This document shows positions 62,132 through 64,000 of a stretch of 64,000 nt of DNA, one piece after another. The stretch is taken from contig CAWBTT010000004.1 of assembly GCA_963791815.1 (NCBI GenBank), positions 130,215 through 194,214 on the forward strand. The letters are read 5' to 3'. Every line of letters begins with the position of its first letter. Position 1 is the first letter of the stretch. The translations under genes were made by a program, and so were the position numbers. Below the pieces are notes generated by a model. The model was not told the origin of the DNA. It worked only from the letters and a program-made list of their open reading frames with translations, and ran no database searches. This stretch comes from an uncultured Candidatus Micrarchaeota archaeon. GTDB lineage: Archaea; Micrarchaeota; Micrarchaeia; Anstonellales; Bilamarchaeaceae.

Positions 62132-63021
62132 CTGATAAGGCGTTCAATGCCTTCATCAATACTTACTTTTGCCTTGAAGCCAAGCTCTTTTTCTGCCAAA
62201 GTAGTGTCGGCCAGGGTGTGCTGGACATAGTTCTTGATTTTATTTTCCTGGTAGGTTGGCTTGATTTCCGTGCCCATTTTCTGGTTGAGCTTCTCGACAA
62301 TTTCGTTGAGGGTTGTGCTCTTTCCATTGCCCACGTTGAAAACACCGAATTTTCCATAGTTCATGGCGAGCATATTGGCCTCGACTATATCATCAACATA
62401 TGTGAAATCCCTGGTCTGGCTCCCGTCACCGAAGATTAATGGCGCCTTGCCCTCTTTCATTTCCCAGAGGAATTGTGTGATAAGATTGGCATAGCCTTTC
62501 TTGGCTTTCTCATGAGGACCGTAGACGCTGAAATATCGAAGGCCAACAACTGGAACTCCGTGCAAATCGTAATAGAGCTTTCCCAATCTTTCCATGATGA
62601 TTCTTGCCTCACTGTAATAGTCCTTCACAAGAGGAACGATATCCTCCTTGTGTGGTGGTGTGATGCCATTGTACATTGAGCTTGTGGATGCGAAAACAAC
62701 TCTGCTTCCGTTCTTTTTCGCATATTCCATGATGGAGATGAACTCATCAATGGCTTTTGCCACGAGGTGAGGCTCGTCCTTGTACATTGGCGAAGAGGAG
62801 TAAATTCCATTGTGGAAGATGACATCATATTTTTCCCCGGTTTTCTCGATTTCCCCAGAATTCAGCTCAAAGAATTTGACCTTGTCCTTGATTGATTCGA
62901 TGTTTTCCATGCTGCCAGTGTGCAGATTGTCAATGATTGAAACCTCATGCCCTTCCTTAAGAAGGCGCTCGGCCAGGTTTGAGCCGATGAATCCAAGAGC
63001 GCCAGTAACTAGAATTTTCAT
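62119..63021 (-). CDS. NAD-dependent sugar epimerase/dehydratase
   Basis: MKILVTGALGFIGSNL Rossmann motif. YSEAR resembles the YxxxK region. Confidence 0.85.
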   Translation of the reverse strand: MKILVTGALGFIGSNLAERLLKEGHEVSIIDNLHTGSMENIESIKDKVKFFELNSGEIEKTGEKYDVIFHNGIYSSSPMYKDEPHLVAKAIDEFISIMEYAKKNGSRVVFASTSSMYNGITPPHKEDIVPLVKDYYSEARIIMERLGKLYYDLHGVPVVGLRYFSVYGPHEKAKKGYANLITQFLWEMKEGKAPLIFGDGSQTRDFTYVDDIVEANMLAMNYGKFGVFNVGNGKSTTLNEIVEKLNQKMGTEIKPTYQENKIKNYVQHTLADTTLAEKELGFKAKVSIDEGIERLIRCYQ

Positions 63022-63073
63022 GGAAATGAATTAGCAGGAGATTTTTTTAAGAATTGCTAAGAATAACACCCCA

Positions 63074-63814
63074 ATGGCAGAACTCGAAGAGACACTCAGA
63101 TTGCTTGCAGGCCAGGTCTGGGACAGGACTGTGGAGCTTGTCCTTGCTCCGATTAACAACATAGACATGCTATGGGTCGCTATTCCGTTTTTCATCGCCA
63201 CATTGTTCATGACAATGTACTTTGGCAGGTACAAGAAAGAGGAGCTTGGCTGGAATACTGCTTTCGGAAACACAATGGTATTTGTTTTCGTCGCTGTTGC
63301 CATAATCCGTGAGATGTATATCCAGGGGGGAGAAACTTTTGATGCTATCTTCGCAGGGGGGCTTTATTCTGCTCTTGCTGCTGGGCTGATTGGGGTCGGG
63401 TTCCTCCTGATGTTCTTTACCTATTTCCACCTCTTGCCCAAGAGACTGGCATTCTTCATGTTTTCTGCTCCGCCAATCAATGTTTCAGTGTATGCTGTAA
63501 TGAGCCTGGTCTATGCCAACGTGGCCGCTGACCACATAACCGCTCTGGCGGCATTCGTCCTGCTGATATGCATACTCATAATAGCAAAAATTCTGCAGTT
63601 CCTAATTAGACTGATTGGCCTCGAGGAGCACATTGACAATCTTGAGATTCCAGGCGGAGTTGTCAAGGCAATAGGAAAGGAAGAGGAAACTGATGAGAGC
63701 TTGAGAAGGAAATCAAGAAGAAGCGCTGATTTCCCTTGCCTTTTCCTCAAACCTTTTCAGGAACTTGTCCCATGTGAAATTAGCGAGGACTTTCTTTCTT
63801 CCTGCTTTTCCTAG
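63074..63814 (+). CDS. polytopic membrane protein, unknown function
   Basis: Five or six hydrophobic helices. The last ~100 nt overlap the convergent GT1 gene, so the 3' end is doubtful. Confidence 0.45.
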   Translation: MAELEETLRLLAGQVWDRTVELVLAPINNIDMLWVAIPFFIATLFMTMYFGRYKKEELGWNTAFGNTMVFVFVAVAIIREMYIQGGETFDAIFAGGLYSALAAGLIGVGFLLMFFTYFHLLPKRLAFFMFSAPPINVSVYAVMSLVYANVAADHITALAAFVLLICILIIAKILQFLIRLIGLEEHIDNLEIPGGVVKAIGKEEETDESLRRKSRRSADFPCLFLKPFQELVPCEISEDFLSSCFS

Positions 63815-64000
63815 TTCCTCGCATTTTTCAGGATGCTTTGGCAAGCACCTCCATAGCATCTGCCATCTTCCACATGCTTGGGACAAGATAGCCATCTTTG
63901 CCATGAATTATTGTTTCCCTAGGGCCTCCCTCATTCTTGGCAATGCATGGCTTGGACGATGCCATAGCTTCAAGATGGAACAAGGCCATAATCCTCATTG
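63713..64000 (-). pseudogene. GT1-family glycosyltransferase, C-terminal part (runs off the window), with a 1-nt frame change at about 63828-63840
   Basis: The reverse strand reads ...[32 protein letters not shown]...AMEVLAKAS*, then in the +1 frame [25 protein letters not shown]. Together these form a normal GT1 C-terminus. Confidence 0.6.

Overview
Gene-dense archaeal chromosomal window. Archaeal hallmarks present: TBP, RFC large subunit, proteasome alpha, Rpo4/F, ribosomal proteins eL21 and eS26, PurP, Pth2, an XPD/Hef/Lhr helicase set and bulge-helix-bulge (BHB) tRNA introns. The lineage cannot be assigned from sequence alone. About 70 protein genes and 4 tRNAs are called. Housekeeping genes are Lys/Glu/Ile-rich: korAB, glnA, glmM, purD, purP, asnA, map, pyrH, uppS, psmA, htpX, lemA and an envelope-glycan cluster at 57.7-64 kb. 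Interspersed are blocks of orphan genes with a very different, Arg/Ala/Gln/Thr-rich and almost lysine-free composition. Main observations: (1) uppS is interrupted by a 17-nt insert that folds into a textbook BHB motif. Cutting at the predicted sites restores the frame and the conserved DGNRRW motif, making it a candidate mRNA intron. (2) tRNA-Phe carries two BHB introns around a 7-nt micro-exon, and 3 of 4 tRNAs contain introns. (3) A translationally coupled orphan operon at 4.5-12.8 kb encodes a 1335-aa helical giant, a 51-aa membrane peptide, a 658-aa protein with one lysine and a porin-like C-terminal half, and a Cys-rich secreted protein. Lys-free tandem paralogues elsewhere share an N-terminal MAQ..R..TQ.P motif. 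(4) Insertion scars: a relic copy of the pyrH 3' end brackets a lipoprotein gene, a partial tRNA-Leu duplicate lies beside that tRNA, and a perfect 2 x 79-bp repeat joins tRNA-Val to a Fic gene. (5) Several 1-nt frame disruptions sit mostly at short homopolymers and may be sequencing artefacts. No CRISPR array, rRNA or recognisable transposase/integrase was seen.
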